From positions 14,072 through 78,071 of the forward strand of contig JAMDDE010000001.1 in the NCBI GenBank assembly GCA_023489235.1: DNA of 64,000 nucleotides, given 5' to 3'. Below, piece after piece: positions 28,290 through 37,823 of this stretch. Position 1 is the stretch's first letter. Each line of letters begins with the position of its first letter. The notes below the pieces were generated by a model that was given only the letters and a program-made list of their open reading frames with translations, was not told the DNA's origin and did not search any database. The position numbers and the translations under genes were made by a program. This DNA is from Actinomycetota bacterium (lineage in GTDB: Bacteria > Actinomycetota > Acidimicrobiia > Acidimicrobiales > JAMDDE01).

Positions 28290-29798
28290 TTAAGCGCTCA
28301 GTCGTTCAAGTAGTTCTGCTGGGTCATTGCACCCTTCCAACAAGCTTTCCACGTGCTCAGCAGTCCCCTTCAAGGGATCCATCATAGGCACTCGCCTCAA
28401 AGGATCCTTGCCAAGATCGAATACTATAGAGTCCCAGTTAGCAGCCTGCACATACGGTGCCCAACGCCGCAAACAAGTCCCTCTGAAATATGCTCTAGTA
28501 CTCCTGGGTGGATTGTCGACAGCTTCGACCACCTCCTTTGGATCACAAAGCTTAACCATATCCAGCCTCTGGAACAGAGAACGTCCCGGTCGTACATCGT
28601 GATACTGGAGATCCAAGAGCGCTAGCCTCCGATCGCTCCAATCCAAACCATGGCGATCCTTGTACGCCTCGATCAACCTCAGCTTCGCTACCCAGTCTAG
28701 TTGTTTGTCCAAACTCATAGGATCAGTCTCCAAGGCCTGCAATACCTCTTCCCAACTGCTTAGCACTGCTCGACCAACACCTTCATCACCAAAACAAGCA
28801 AGCCCACCGACCTGAGCATACTTGCTTGCCACCTCGAACAGTACCCACTGTATCTGCACGGCTGACATTCGTCGGCCATCTGCCATTTCCAGCGGTTGGT
28901 TGAGCTCGAGATCCCGGGAAACTTGACGAATTGCCCGTACGGGATTTGCCAAGGTTAGATCGACCTTGCTCAAGTAATCATCTTCGATCATGGCCAGCAC
29001 CAAAGCGGTAGTACCCACTTTCAAGAATGTTGCCGTCTCGGCCAAGTTGGCATCCCCTACGATTACATGGAATCGGCGGAAACGCCGTGGGTCAGCATGA
29101 GGCTCGTCACGAGTGTTGACAATAGGGCGTTTGACGGTGGTCTCCAATCCAACCTCCTCCTCGAAGAAGTCGGCACGCTGAGAAAGTTGATATCTAACCA
29201 CTTCGTCGTTGGCACCGGGTCCCTCGGAGCCTAGTTTCCCAGCTCCAGTAAAGATCTGCCGAGAAACGAAGTGAGGAACCACATGACGAACTATGCGAGA
29301 AAAAGGAGTCGCCCGATCCATCAGGTAGTTCTCATGACATCCATATGAGTTCCCCTTGCCATCCGAGTTGTTCTTGTATACGGCTATCCCTTCACCATCG
29401 CGGAAAACCCTGTTAGCTGCCTCTATGGATGCAGCCAAGACCAACTCGCCCGCTTTGTCGGCGCAAACCAATTCTATAGGGTTGGAGCACTCAGGTGTCG
29501 AGTACTCTGGATGCGCATGGTCTACGTAGTAACGAGCTCCATTGGTAAGTACGGAGTTGACGAGGCGGGTGTCTATCTCAGGAGGACTGCCTTCTCGGGC
29601 AAATCCTCTGGCATCACGACCTGGGCTCTCGTCTTCGAAATCCCACCCGACCAGCTTGTCCACCCTCGCTACGTAGGCATTCACTAGCATAGATGCTAGT
29701 GCCATGGCATTCGGTTCTCCCGAGGGATGGTCCGCAGAACTCCCCAACAACCGAATACCATATTCGGTCTCTGTGCCGCATACCTTAGCTATCGCCAC
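28290..29798 (-). CDS. dop: Pup deamidase/depupylase Dop
   Basis: PafA/Dop-family fold ([31 protein letters not shown]) in the larger 502-aa size class with an internal loop. It lies immediately upstream of pup, as dop does in mycobacteria. Confidence 0.92.
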   Translation of the reverse strand: MAIAKVCGTETEYGIRLLGSSADHPSGEPNAMALASMLVNAYVARVDKLVGWDFEDESPGRDARGFAREGSPPEIDTRLVNSVLTNGARYYVDHAHPEYSTPECSNPIELVCADKAGELVLAASIEAANRVFRDGEGIAVYKNNSDGKGNSYGCHENYLMDRATPFSRIVRHVVPHFVSRQIFTGAGKLGSEGPGANDEVVRYQLSQRADFFEEEVGLETTVKRPIVNTRDEPHADPRRFRRFHVIVGDANLAETATFLKVGTTALVLAMIEDDYLSKVDLTLANPVRAIRQVSRDLELNQPLEMADGRRMSAVQIQWVLFEVASKYAQVGGLACFGDEGVGRAVLSSWEEVLQALETDPMSLDKQLDWVAKLRLIEAYKDRHGLDWSDRRLALLDLQYHDVRPGRSLFQRLDMVKLCDPKEVVEAVDNPPRSTRAYFRGTCLRRWAPYVQAANWDSIVFDLGKDPLRRVPMMDPLKGTAEHVESLLEGCNDPAELLERLSA

Positions 29799-29856
29799 GA
29801 CTCAACCCCAGTTCTTGATGACCGCCTCAGTTGCTCCATCCACAGAACAATTGCTC

Positions 29857-31623
29857 TCACAGATACTGCCCAGTCCCAACTCGCTCGATGGAGCGCCCTC
29901 CTCTCGATTCATCTGCCTCGGTAAGGAGGGTACGCACATAGACGATCCTTTCACCCTTCTTGCCGGATATCCTCGCCCAGTCATCCGGATTGGTGGTGTT
30001 GGGTAGATCTTCGTTTTCTCTGTACTCTTGCCGAATGGACTCGAGCAGGTCAGCGAGGCGTATGCCCTTCCCTTGCTGACGAATCGCTCTCTTTATGGCT
30101 AACAACTTCGCTCTTCGCACTATGCTCTCGATCATCGCTCCCGAGGCGAAGTCCTTGAAATAAAGGACTTCTTTGTCGCCGTTCTGATAGGTAACTTCGA
30201 GGAAACGATTGTCGTCATCACTACGGTACATCTCCTCAACAGTGGACTCGATCATCACTGTCAAAGCCTTGTGCACATCCCCTTGTCCTAGAGTCTCTAT
30301 CTCCTCAGCGTCTATGGGGAGATCGGGTACCAGGTACCGTGAGAAGATCTCCGCAGCCGCTTGCGCGTCCGGACGTTCGATCTTGATCTTCACATCGAGT
30401 CGACCAGGTCGGAGAATAGCCGGATCAATGAGGTCCTCTCGGTTGGAGGCACCAATGACTATCACGTTACGCAACGCCTCTACCCCATCTATCTCAGCGA
30501 GCAGTTGAGGGACGACGGTGGATTCCATGTCAGAGCTGATGCCACTGCCTCGAGTCCTGAACAGTGAATCCATCTCATCGAAGAAGACGATGACGGGCAC
30601 ACCCTCTTCTGCTTTTTCACGAGCACGTTGAAAGACGAGCCTGATCTGGCGTTCGGTCTCCCCTACATACTTGTTGAGAAGCTCTGGTCCTTTCACGTTC
30701 AAGAAGTAGCTCTTGGCCTTGCCATCTCCGACGGAATCGGCAACTTTGCTAGCCAAAGAGTTGGCAACCGCTTTAGCGATCAATGTCTTGCCGCAACCAG
30801 GTGGGCCATAGAGGAGAATACCCTTGGGAGCTGGGAGACGGTGTTCGGCAAAGAGATCCCTGTGCAAGAAGGGTAGCTCCACTGCATCTATGATTGCCTC
30901 AATTTGCTTGTCAAGCCCTCCGACATCTTCGTAGCTGACATCTGGCACTTCTTCCAGTATCAACTCATCCACCTCGGGCCGAGGAAGCTTCTCTAGCAAC
31001 AGCTGGGTGCGCGGATCCATGAGTAGAGAATCTCCAGCCCTGAGACGTACATCAAGGAGCCCATCGGACAAAGTGGCTACTTGTTCCTCATCGGCATGAC
31101 CTACTACTACCGCTCGCCTCCCGTCCTCCAAGACCTCTTTCAGTGTGACTACCTCCCCTGAACCGTCGTTCTCTCGAGCGAACAGTACGTTGAAAGAGTC
31201 GTTCAATGCAACCTCTTGGCCACGGTGCAAAGAGTTGACGTCTACACCGGGGTGAACCGCTACTCTCATCTTTCGACCACCGGAGAAGACGTCAACGGTC
31301 GCATCTTCGTTGGTCCTGAGGACTGTGCCATAAATGGATGGTGGCTGGGTTAACTTGTCCACCTCCTCTCGCAAGGCTGTTATGTGCTCGCGCGCTTGTT
31401 GCAAGGTGAAGGTCAATTTCTCGTTCTGAGAGAGCGCATGAGAAAGTTGTGCTTTGTACTCAACCACCTTGTCCTCGAAGGCATGTGCCCGCGAAGAAGC
31501 CTCGTCCAGCCTCCTGCGCAACATGGCAATCTCTTCTTCGGATACCTTGAGTTGCTCTTGAAGTCGATCAATCTGATGCTCGTAGTCTACGAGCCGCTTG
31601 AGGGACTCGTTAGAATCGGCCAT
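29857..31623 (-). CDS. mpa: Proteasome-associated AAA ATPase Mpa/ARC
   Basis: N-terminal coiled coil, Walker A GPPGCGKT, and the C-terminal GQYL proteasome-docking motif. I chose the start at 31623 because GGAGGGAGGTGG lies 5 nt upstream; the track start is 31653. Confidence 0.93.
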   Translation of the reverse strand: MADSNESLKRLVDYEHQIDRLQEQLKVSEEEIAMLRRRLDEASSRAHAFEDKVVEYKAQLSHALSQNEKLTFTLQQAREHITALREEVDKLTQPPSIYGTVLRTNEDATVDVFSGGRKMRVAVHPGVDVNSLHRGQEVALNDSFNVLFARENDGSGEVVTLKEVLEDGRRAVVVGHADEEQVATLSDGLLDVRLRAGDSLLMDPRTQLLLEKLPRPEVDELILEEVPDVSYEDVGGLDKQIEAIIDAVELPFLHRDLFAEHRLPAPKGILLYGPPGCGKTLIAKAVANSLASKVADSVGDGKAKSYFLNVKGPELLNKYVGETERQIRLVFQRAREKAEEGVPVIVFFDEMDSLFRTRGSGISSDMESTVVPQLLAEIDGVEALRNVIVIGASNREDLIDPAILRPGRLDVKIKIERPDAQAAAEIFSRYLVPDLPIDAEEIETLGQGDVHKALTVMIESTVEEMYRSDDDNRFLEVTYQNGDKEVLYFKDFASGAMIESIVRRAKLLAIKRAIRQQGKGIRLADLLESIRQEYRENEDLPNTTNPDDWARISGKKGERIVYVRTLLTEADESRGGRSIERVGTGQYL

Positions 31624-31919
31624 AGGTACCACCTCCCTCCTGACCGCGACCATACACCGCTTTTCGACCTAATGGAGCTTCTAGCTCATGCTCACCCATC
31701 AAGCTGCATTTTAAACGTTATTGAGCGTGCTAATGGACAGTTGAGTTGCAATAGAACTTTGCAGGCAATCAATATTTTTAATATTCTTTCCCGTATTAAT
31801 AGACATCGTTGGCCTTTTCTGCTATTTTAGACATCGGTTATCCCAATGTTGCGTACACTTTAGGGTTACCATGAGCATGAGCATGAGCATGTATGAAAGA
31901 GAGGCAGGCAGCTGATATC

Positions 31920-32156
31920 ATGAAAGTCTGGATCGACCAGGACCTATGTACAGGAGATGGACTGTGTGAAGAGATTTGTCCAGATGTGTTCGTACTTCTC
32001 GACGATGGACTGGCATATGTGAAAGAGAACGGTAAAGCGCTATCCGATCCAGGAGGCCAAGCATGCATGGCTGTGGTGCCAGAAGGATTGGAGGACGCAG
32101 TGCGCGAAGCATCTCAAGAGTGCCCTGGAGAGTGCATCTTCATCGAAGAGGACTAG
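31920..32156 (+). CDS. Small ferredoxin (3Fe-4S/4Fe-4S type)
   Basis: MKVWIDQDLCTGDGLCEEICPDVF ... ECPGECI is a typical single-cluster actinobacterial ferredoxin pattern. I chose the start at the second ATG of the track ORF. Confidence 0.8.
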   Translation: MKVWIDQDLCTGDGLCEEICPDVFVLLDDGLAYVKENGKALSDPGGQACMAVVPEGLEDAVREASQECPGECIFIEED

Positions 32157-32160
32157 GTTG

Positions 32161-32183
32161 GGCGGCTTCGCAGAGCCGCCTTT
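32161..32183. terminator. Candidate intrinsic terminator after the ferredoxin gene
   Basis: ggcggc-ttcgcaga-gccgcc followed by ttt, starting 5 nt after the stop codon. Confidence 0.4.
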
Positions 32184-32282
32184 ACCGTATCTTGTGGGCC
32201 CTGGTCGTAGGCAGAGGTGACAGACTCGGAGATGCTGAGATATCTGGTGCTCTGCAATAAAGCAATGCACTACAAAAACTAT

Positions 32283-33053
32283 TCAACCAATTAATCTGGC
32301 ATGGGTGATAAACCCAGTATGAGCAACCATCCGATGGTCGGGCCTGACCGAACGTTCGTCTATGTGCCAACTCCTCAAGAGGAGCTCGGTGGTCTCGGTG
32401 AGGACAAATTTGCTTGTCTTGAGGCGACCTCTTAGTTGAGCAGTTTGGTTGATGGTAGGGAGATAGCAAAGTAATATCCCGCCAGGATGTAATGCCGCTT
32501 CTGCCAGCTCGACTACACTCCAAGGTTCTGGAAGATCGAGAACCATTCGATCCATGTTGGATTCGTCGATGCCATCTCTTATGTCACGGAGCTTTACCTC
32601 GTAAGGCACGTTAGTGCCAAGGAATTCCTCAACATTTCTCCTAGCTATATTGGCAAAATCCTCACGTACTTCATATCCAGTGACTGTTGCTCCAGCCCGT
32701 AGCATGGCCATGGACAATGCTCCCGAGCCAACTCCCGACTCAACTACTTTGGCTCCAGGAAAGATGTCGCAGACAAGCAAGATCTGAGCTAGATCTTTCG
32801 GATAAATGATCTGCGCTCCTCTTGGCATTCTGAGCACTATGTCAGAGAGAGTAGGTCTGAAGACCATGAACCTCCTGCCAGAACTGGAGAGGAGGACAAA
32901 ACCTTCTGTATTGCCAATTATCTGATCGTGAGCGATCACTCCAGCATGGCTATGCAGTTGGCCACCGGAGCGTAGCTTTACCAACCGACGATGTCCCTTG
33001 TCATCTACCAACACGACATGATCGCCTGGAGAGAGAACTTCATTTGCAACCAT
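32283..33053 (-). CDS. trmI: tRNA (adenine58-N1)-methyltransferase TrmI
   Basis: GCD14/TrmI pattern (GAQIIYPKDLAQILLVCDIFPGAKVVESGVGSGALS). It lies close to mpa, as Rv2118c does in mycobacteria. Confidence 0.88.
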   Translation of the reverse strand: MVANEVLSPGDHVVLVDDKGHRRLVKLRSGGQLHSHAGVIAHDQIIGNTEGFVLLSSSGRRFMVFRPTLSDIVLRMPRGAQIIYPKDLAQILLVCDIFPGAKVVESGVGSGALSMAMLRAGATVTGYEVREDFANIARRNVEEFLGTNVPYEVKLRDIRDGIDESNMDRMVLDLPEPWSVVELAEAALHPGGILLCYLPTINQTAQLRGRLKTSKFVLTETTELLLRSWHIDERSVRPDHRMVAHTGFITHARLIG

Positions 33054-33139
33054 GCGTGCAACTGTCCTTGATGGTCAATGAGCAATCAACCCCCAGGGCC
33101 TGCGGAAAGAACTTATTTGCAACCATGCGTGCAACTGTC
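33042..33139. repeat. 25-nt perfect direct repeat (32/33 nt with flanks) duplicating the trmI start region 73 bp upstream
   Basis: atttgcaaccatgcgtgcaactgtc occurs at 33042-33066 (contains the trmI ATG) and at 33115-33139. The flanking agaactt is also shared, with a 1-nt indel. Confidence 0.92.
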
Positions 33140-33342
33140 TACAGCCCTTTCGATGGTTGGTGGTGGGAGACAGTAAGACTCTCGCCTACTCCCAAGGTTC
33201 CCCTGTAAAGCACCTCGTTGGATGAGCGCCTAGCCAACCAAACAAGCACAGAAACGACAAAAATAGCCACCCACCATGGATTCCCTTCCAGCAGGCCTCG
33301 CCATATTCCTTTTCGGATCATCGAGCCTATCAGCCAGTCCAC
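33139..33342 (-). CDS. Small membrane protein (67 aa), hypothetical
   Basis: ORF with one central TM helix (WWVAIFVVSVLVWLA). I recognise no family. Confidence 0.4.
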   Translation of the reverse strand: MDWLIGSMIRKGIWRGLLEGNPWWVAIFVVSVLVWLARRSSNEVLYRGTLGVGESLTVSHHQPSKGL

Positions 33343-33475
33343 TCCTTACCCCTCTTGCATCTCTACATCAAGCTCTTTTACACCTAGAAGCTGCACGGAT
33401 CCGAGCCTCGATATCATCCAAGTAAGCTGGTAGTGCCCCAAAGGATGAATATAGGCTTTATTTGCTTATTTTTTA

Positions 33476-33691
33476 TTAATTGCGCCGGATCTCTACAACT
33501 GTACCGTGTCGTTTCCCGCGGCGTCTGCCGAACAAATAAGCAAGAATAGCTACCAGCAACACTCCTCCGACAATGAATCCAGGTAGTAGCTCTAGTGCTT
33601 CTCCAGCAGTTCCACTTGCTTGGTGTCCTATTTCACGAAACTTCTTTTCGAGATCTTCTTTGGTGATTCTAGAACGCCTCTCTTCTGCCAT
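33476..33691 (-). CDS. Small membrane protein (~71 aa), hypothetical
   Basis: I chose the start at MAEERRS to avoid overlap with the upstream gene. Charged N-terminus and one TM helix (GFIVGGVLLVAILAYLF). Confidence 0.4.
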   Translation of the reverse strand: MAEERRSRITKEDLEKKFREIGHQASGTAGEALELLPGFIVGGVLLVAILAYLFGRRRGKRHGTVVEIRRN

Positions 33692-33704
33692 CACAAAGTC
33701 TCCC

Positions 33705-34100
33705 TCATGCCCTCTTTCGATCCTCTCTAGGCTTTCCCTTCGATTCCTTACCTTTCTCATCAGTTGAGAAAAGATGCTTGACCATCCAGAAAACGATAAT
33801 GCCCAATGCAGAGAGAGCTATGACCAAAGTAATGAGGTACGGCAGAAAAGATAGCTCACCCTTGAAGGATGATCCTGTTTCGCTTTGAAGAACACGCAGT
33901 ATGGCAAGGAGCCATAGAAGGAGTCCTACAGAAACAGCCACTGCGGCAATTACTCCTGTTACCAAGAGTCGACCGATACCTTGAAGTGGCTCTAACATCT
34001 CTTGTTTCGCATAGGCTACCGTTAGACGCCATGATTCATGCACTGACTCGAGCATCGACTCTCGTTCCGTGTTGTGTTTCCTCTGCGGCCAGCCACCCAT
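33705..34100 (-). CDS. Two-TM membrane protein resembling the actinobacterial Holin-X (holin superfamily III) family
   Basis: 131 aa with two long TM helices preceded by an AKQEMLEPLQG segment and followed by a charged C-terminus. The family assignment is from memory only. Confidence 0.45.
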   Translation of the reverse strand: MGGWPQRKHNTERESMLESVHESWRLTVAYAKQEMLEPLQGIGRLLVTGVIAAVAVSVGLLLWLLAILRVLQSETGSSFKGELSFLPYLITLVIALSALGIIVFWMVKHLFSTDEKGKESKGKPREDRKRA

Positions 34101-34370
34101 TCGTTCAACCTCCTGGATCGAGCATACTCAAACAAACGGTTGCTCACACTGTTCTCAGATGGTGACAGCTGTGAACAGTTGCTCTAGTTCAAGTCTCGAA
34201 CTGCTGAATACCTCGAACTGTTGAACTCCTCACTGCTCTTGCAACCATTAGATCGCACCGAGGAAACTGGCGATCGATGCGGCACATCTTGACCTCTATC
34301 CTTGCCAGTAGTGGCCCGACCAAGCTGTGCGAGCAGCAAGTGATTGCTTGACCAACTAGGGTCTTCATAT

Positions 34371-36404
34371 ATGGGAGAGATTGACGATAAGGAAGTAGAA
34401 CAACTTGCTATCAATGTAATACGAGGAATCGCCATGGATGCACCGCGGCGAGCCAATTCTGGCCATCCAGGCACTGCCATGGCGCTAGCTCCCCTAGCGC
34501 ATGTCCTATGGACCAAGATCATGAAGCACGACCCTCAGTCCCCTGAGTGGCCGGACCGAGACCGCTTCATACTCTCAGCCGGTCATGCCTCCATCCTCTT
34601 GTACACAATGCTCCATCTGAGTGGATACCCACTGAGTATCGAGGACTTGAAGGCTTTTAGACAGTGGGGCAGCTTGACTCCTGGTCATCCAGAAGCTCGT
34701 CACACAGTTGGCGTCGAGGTGACCACAGGTCCTCTCGGACAGGGACTGGGCAACTCCGTGGGCATGGCCATAGCGGAGGAGTGGCTGCGTGCTCGTTTCG
34801 GCGCTGCTGCTTTCAACCACTACACCTTCACCATTTGTTCAGACGGGGACTTCGAAGAAGGGCTGAGCCATGAAGCAGCCTCTCTTGCTGGCCATCTAGG
34901 CCTTGGTCATTTGATATGTGTATATGACGACAACCACATAACTATTGACGGTCCTACGGAGATCACCTACACAGATGTGGTAGCCGAAAGATTTCGTTCC
35001 TACAATTGGCATGTTGAAGACCTTGGGGATGTAGCCAACGACACTACAGCGATCGAAGAGGCACTGCGCGAGGCTATGAAGATAGAGGACCAGCCATCCC
35101 TGCTTATCCTACGAACTCATATCGGGTGGCCTTCCCCTCACCTAACTGACACCTCAGCCGCTCATGGGGAACCATTCCCGAAAGAGGAGATAGTAGAGAC
35201 CAAAAAGCTGCTAGGTCTTCCTATCGATCAAGAGTTCTACGTACCAAACAAGGTGATCGATCATTACAGGCAGTCAATAGAAGGGTTGGGCAGAAAAGCT
35301 CGACTGGAGTGGCAGGAACGCTCCATCAACAACTTTGGCCTCTCCCCTACTGACTCGGCTGAGCTCGAGGCATGTCTATCAGGTAAGCTTCCCCCTGGAT
35401 GGCATACTTTGTTGCCTACCTTCCAACCAGGGGAAAAAATAGCCACCAGGCAAAGCATAAACCGTGTGATCAATGCCTCACATAGCGCTATCCCGTGTAT
35501 GTTGGCAGGGTCAGCTGACCTAACCGGCAATACAGGAGTAAAGCTGGAGGGAGCCAAACTGTTCTCCAAGGAAGACAGGACTGGTACACAACTGGCCTAT
35601 GGGATAAGGGAGCATGCCATGGGAGCAGCCATGTGCGGCATGGCCATGCATGGTGGGATACTCCCTATAGGAGGAACTTTCTTCGTATTCAGCGACTACA
35701 TGCGCCCATCCGTACGTACAGCTGCTCTTTCTCAAGCACATGTCATTTACTTCTGGACTCACGACTCGATTGGTCTAGGTGAAGATGGACCTACTCATCA
35801 ACCAATTGAACAGCTGGCTGCTATGCGTGCTATGCCTGGTTTGATCGTCATTCGTCCAGCGGATGCAAACGAAAGTGCTCAGGCGTGGCGGTACGCGGTA
35901 GAAGCTCGAAACCCCGTAGCCCTGGTGCTCTCACGTCAGCCCATCGAGGTGCTGGCTCAGACGGCAAACAATGAAGGGCTCTTTTCGGGTGGCTATGTGT
36001 TGATCGACGAGGATCATCAAAGGGACCTGGATATCGTACTGGTGGCTACCGGGAGTGAGGTGGCTCCATGTGTCCACGCCCGAGAACTGCTCAGTTCGAA
36101 AGGGATAAACTGTCGTGTGGTCTCCATGCCCTCATTCGAGCTCTTCGAAATGAAGGACAAGGACTACCAACTAAGGATCCTTCCCGAAGGAGTGCCTAAA
36201 CTAGGTGTCGAAGCTGCTTCCTCGTTTGGTTGGGATCGTTATGTGGACGCCACGGTCTGTATAGACCAGTTTGGCGCCTCTGCCCCCGGAGAGATCAACA
36301 TGGAGAAGTTTGGCTTCAGTGCTGACAACATAGCAGCCAGGGCAGTACAGCTAATCGAACAGTACCACCACAGATCAAGCAGCAACACAAGAGTGCAGAG
36401 TTGA
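34371..36404 (+). CDS. tkt: Transketolase
   Basis: ANSGHPGTAMALAP ThDP motif and full-length Tkt-like sequence. An alternative TTG start lies at 34344. Confidence 0.93.
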   Translation: MGEIDDKEVEQLAINVIRGIAMDAPRRANSGHPGTAMALAPLAHVLWTKIMKHDPQSPEWPDRDRFILSAGHASILLYTMLHLSGYPLSIEDLKAFRQWGSLTPGHPEARHTVGVEVTTGPLGQGLGNSVGMAIAEEWLRARFGAAAFNHYTFTICSDGDFEEGLSHEAASLAGHLGLGHLICVYDDNHITIDGPTEITYTDVVAERFRSYNWHVEDLGDVANDTTAIEEALREAMKIEDQPSLLILRTHIGWPSPHLTDTSAAHGEPFPKEEIVETKKLLGLPIDQEFYVPNKVIDHYRQSIEGLGRKARLEWQERSINNFGLSPTDSAELEACLSGKLPPGWHTLLPTFQPGEKIATRQSINRVINASHSAIPCMLAGSADLTGNTGVKLEGAKLFSKEDRTGTQLAYGIREHAMGAAMCGMAMHGGILPIGGTFFVFSDYMRPSVRTAALSQAHVIYFWTHDSIGLGEDGPTHQPIEQLAAMRAMPGLIVIRPADANESAQAWRYAVEARNPVALVLSRQPIEVLAQTANNEGLFSGGYVLIDEDHQRDLDIVLVATGSEVAPCVHARELLSSKGINCRVVSMPSFELFEMKDKDYQLRILPEGVPKLGVEAASSFGWDRYVDATVCIDQFGASAPGEINMEKFGFSADNIAARAVQLIEQYHHRSSSNTRVQS

Positions 36405-36510
36405 GCGACATGGCTGATCGCGAAGGACTCAGGAAGGAAAGTTGGTCGGAAACAAGGGTTAGGACAAAGAGAATGAAGGAGCGATCAAATAACAAGGAGG
36501 AATCTCTGCA

Positions 36511-37629
36511 ATGACCAAACTGCATGAATTATTCAAGAACGAGGGACAGAGTCCGTGGCTGGACAATCTCAGAAGAGACTACCTTCGCTCCGGTCAGCTC
36601 GCTACCTACTTGAACGAGGGCATTCGGGGAGTGACCTCCAATCCGACTATCTTTGCCAAAGCCATCGAATCAGATGTCGACTACGACGAGCAATTCAGCT
36701 CCTTGGTCAAGAAGAACAAGGCGATAGAGGATGCCTACTGGGACATGGTCACAGACGACGTCATCCAAGCATGTGACCTATTGAGACCTGTCTACGAAGA
36801 AAACGGACACAATGATGGATTCGTCTCCATTGAGGTATCCCCCTCCCTCGCCCATGATGCTGCTACCACTATTGATGCAGCACGCAACCTCCATCAACGA
36901 ATAAACCGTCCCAACTTGCTGGTGAAGATCCCCGCTACCGTTGAAGGATTGACCGCCATAGAGACAATGATTGCCGAGGGGAGGAGCGTAAACGTAACCC
37001 TTATTTTTGGCTTGGACAGATATGAGCAAGTCATAGAGGCTTATATGAGTGGACTGGAAAAGCTGCTGGCTTCCGGTGACAAACCCCTGTCCGAGGTCCA
37101 CAGTGTTGCTTCGTTCTTTGTGAGCAGGGTGGATACAGAGGTGGACAAACGTCTAGATCAACTCATTGCTCAGGGGGGCAATTCAAGCTTGAGTGAGCTA
37201 CAAGGGAAGGCTGCTGTATCTCAAGCAAAGTTAGCTTATCAACTGTTCTCCTCTCGTTTCACAGACGAGCGCTTTTTGACCCTGGCCAAAAAGGGAGCAT
37301 CCCTGCAAAAGCCTTTATGGGCATCTACCTCCACCAAGAACCCGAACTATCCTGATCTCGCCTATGTGGATCCCCTGATTGGGCCTGACACGATCAATAC
37401 CATGCCAGAGGTAACTATAGAGGCCTTCTTGAATCACGGAACGGTTGAACGAACGGTGGACAAGGGTATCGAAGATGCTCGCTTACACATCGACAAACTC
37501 TCCAGCATAGGGATATCCATGGCTGAGGTTTCTGCTGTCCTCGAAGCAGAAGGAGTTGCTTTGTTCAAGCAATCATTCGACGATCTCATCAAGGTCCTCA
37601 CCGACAAAGCAGAGCGCATGAGAGCATGA
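36511..37629 (+). CDS. tal: Transaldolase (actinobacterial long type)
   Basis: 372 aa, with GQSPWLDNLRRDYL and GVTSNPTIF motifs, positioned after tkt. Confidence 0.92.
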   Translation: MTKLHELFKNEGQSPWLDNLRRDYLRSGQLATYLNEGIRGVTSNPTIFAKAIESDVDYDEQFSSLVKKNKAIEDAYWDMVTDDVIQACDLLRPVYEENGHNDGFVSIEVSPSLAHDAATTIDAARNLHQRINRPNLLVKIPATVEGLTAIETMIAEGRSVNVTLIFGLDRYEQVIEAYMSGLEKLLASGDKPLSEVHSVASFFVSRVDTEVDKRLDQLIAQGGNSSLSELQGKAAVSQAKLAYQLFSSRFTDERFLTLAKKGASLQKPLWASTSTKNPNYPDLAYVDPLIGPDTINTMPEVTIEAFLNHGTVERTVDKGIEDARLHIDKLSSIGISMAEVSAVLEAEGVALFKQSFDDLIKVLTDKAERMRA

Positions 37630-37689
37630 TGGCATCCAAGGGGTCGGTTTCTAATGAGGGTAATATCCCCTGAGCGCATGAGAGCATGA
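37612..37689. repeat. 18-nt perfect direct repeat: the last 5 codons plus stop of tal, repeated exactly 60 nt downstream
   Basis: gagcgcatgagagcatga occurs at 37612-37629 and at 37672-37689. Confidence 0.92.
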
Positions 37690-37823
37690 AGAGACTGGCT
37701 GCAGAGCACGCTTTGGATGCCATTGCAAGGCCATCTCGAACAAGTACTCGAACAAAGAGAGTAACTAGATGACTATCGAGAATCATTGGGTAAGTAGTAC
37801 TGGGTAGAAGGATGGAGTTGAGG

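Noticed and set aside
31838-32068. 76-aa minus-strand ORF containing HAHAHAH
   Set aside because: It is antisense to the ferredoxin gene, and the His-Ala run merely reflects the (ATGAGC)3 microsatellite read on the other strand.
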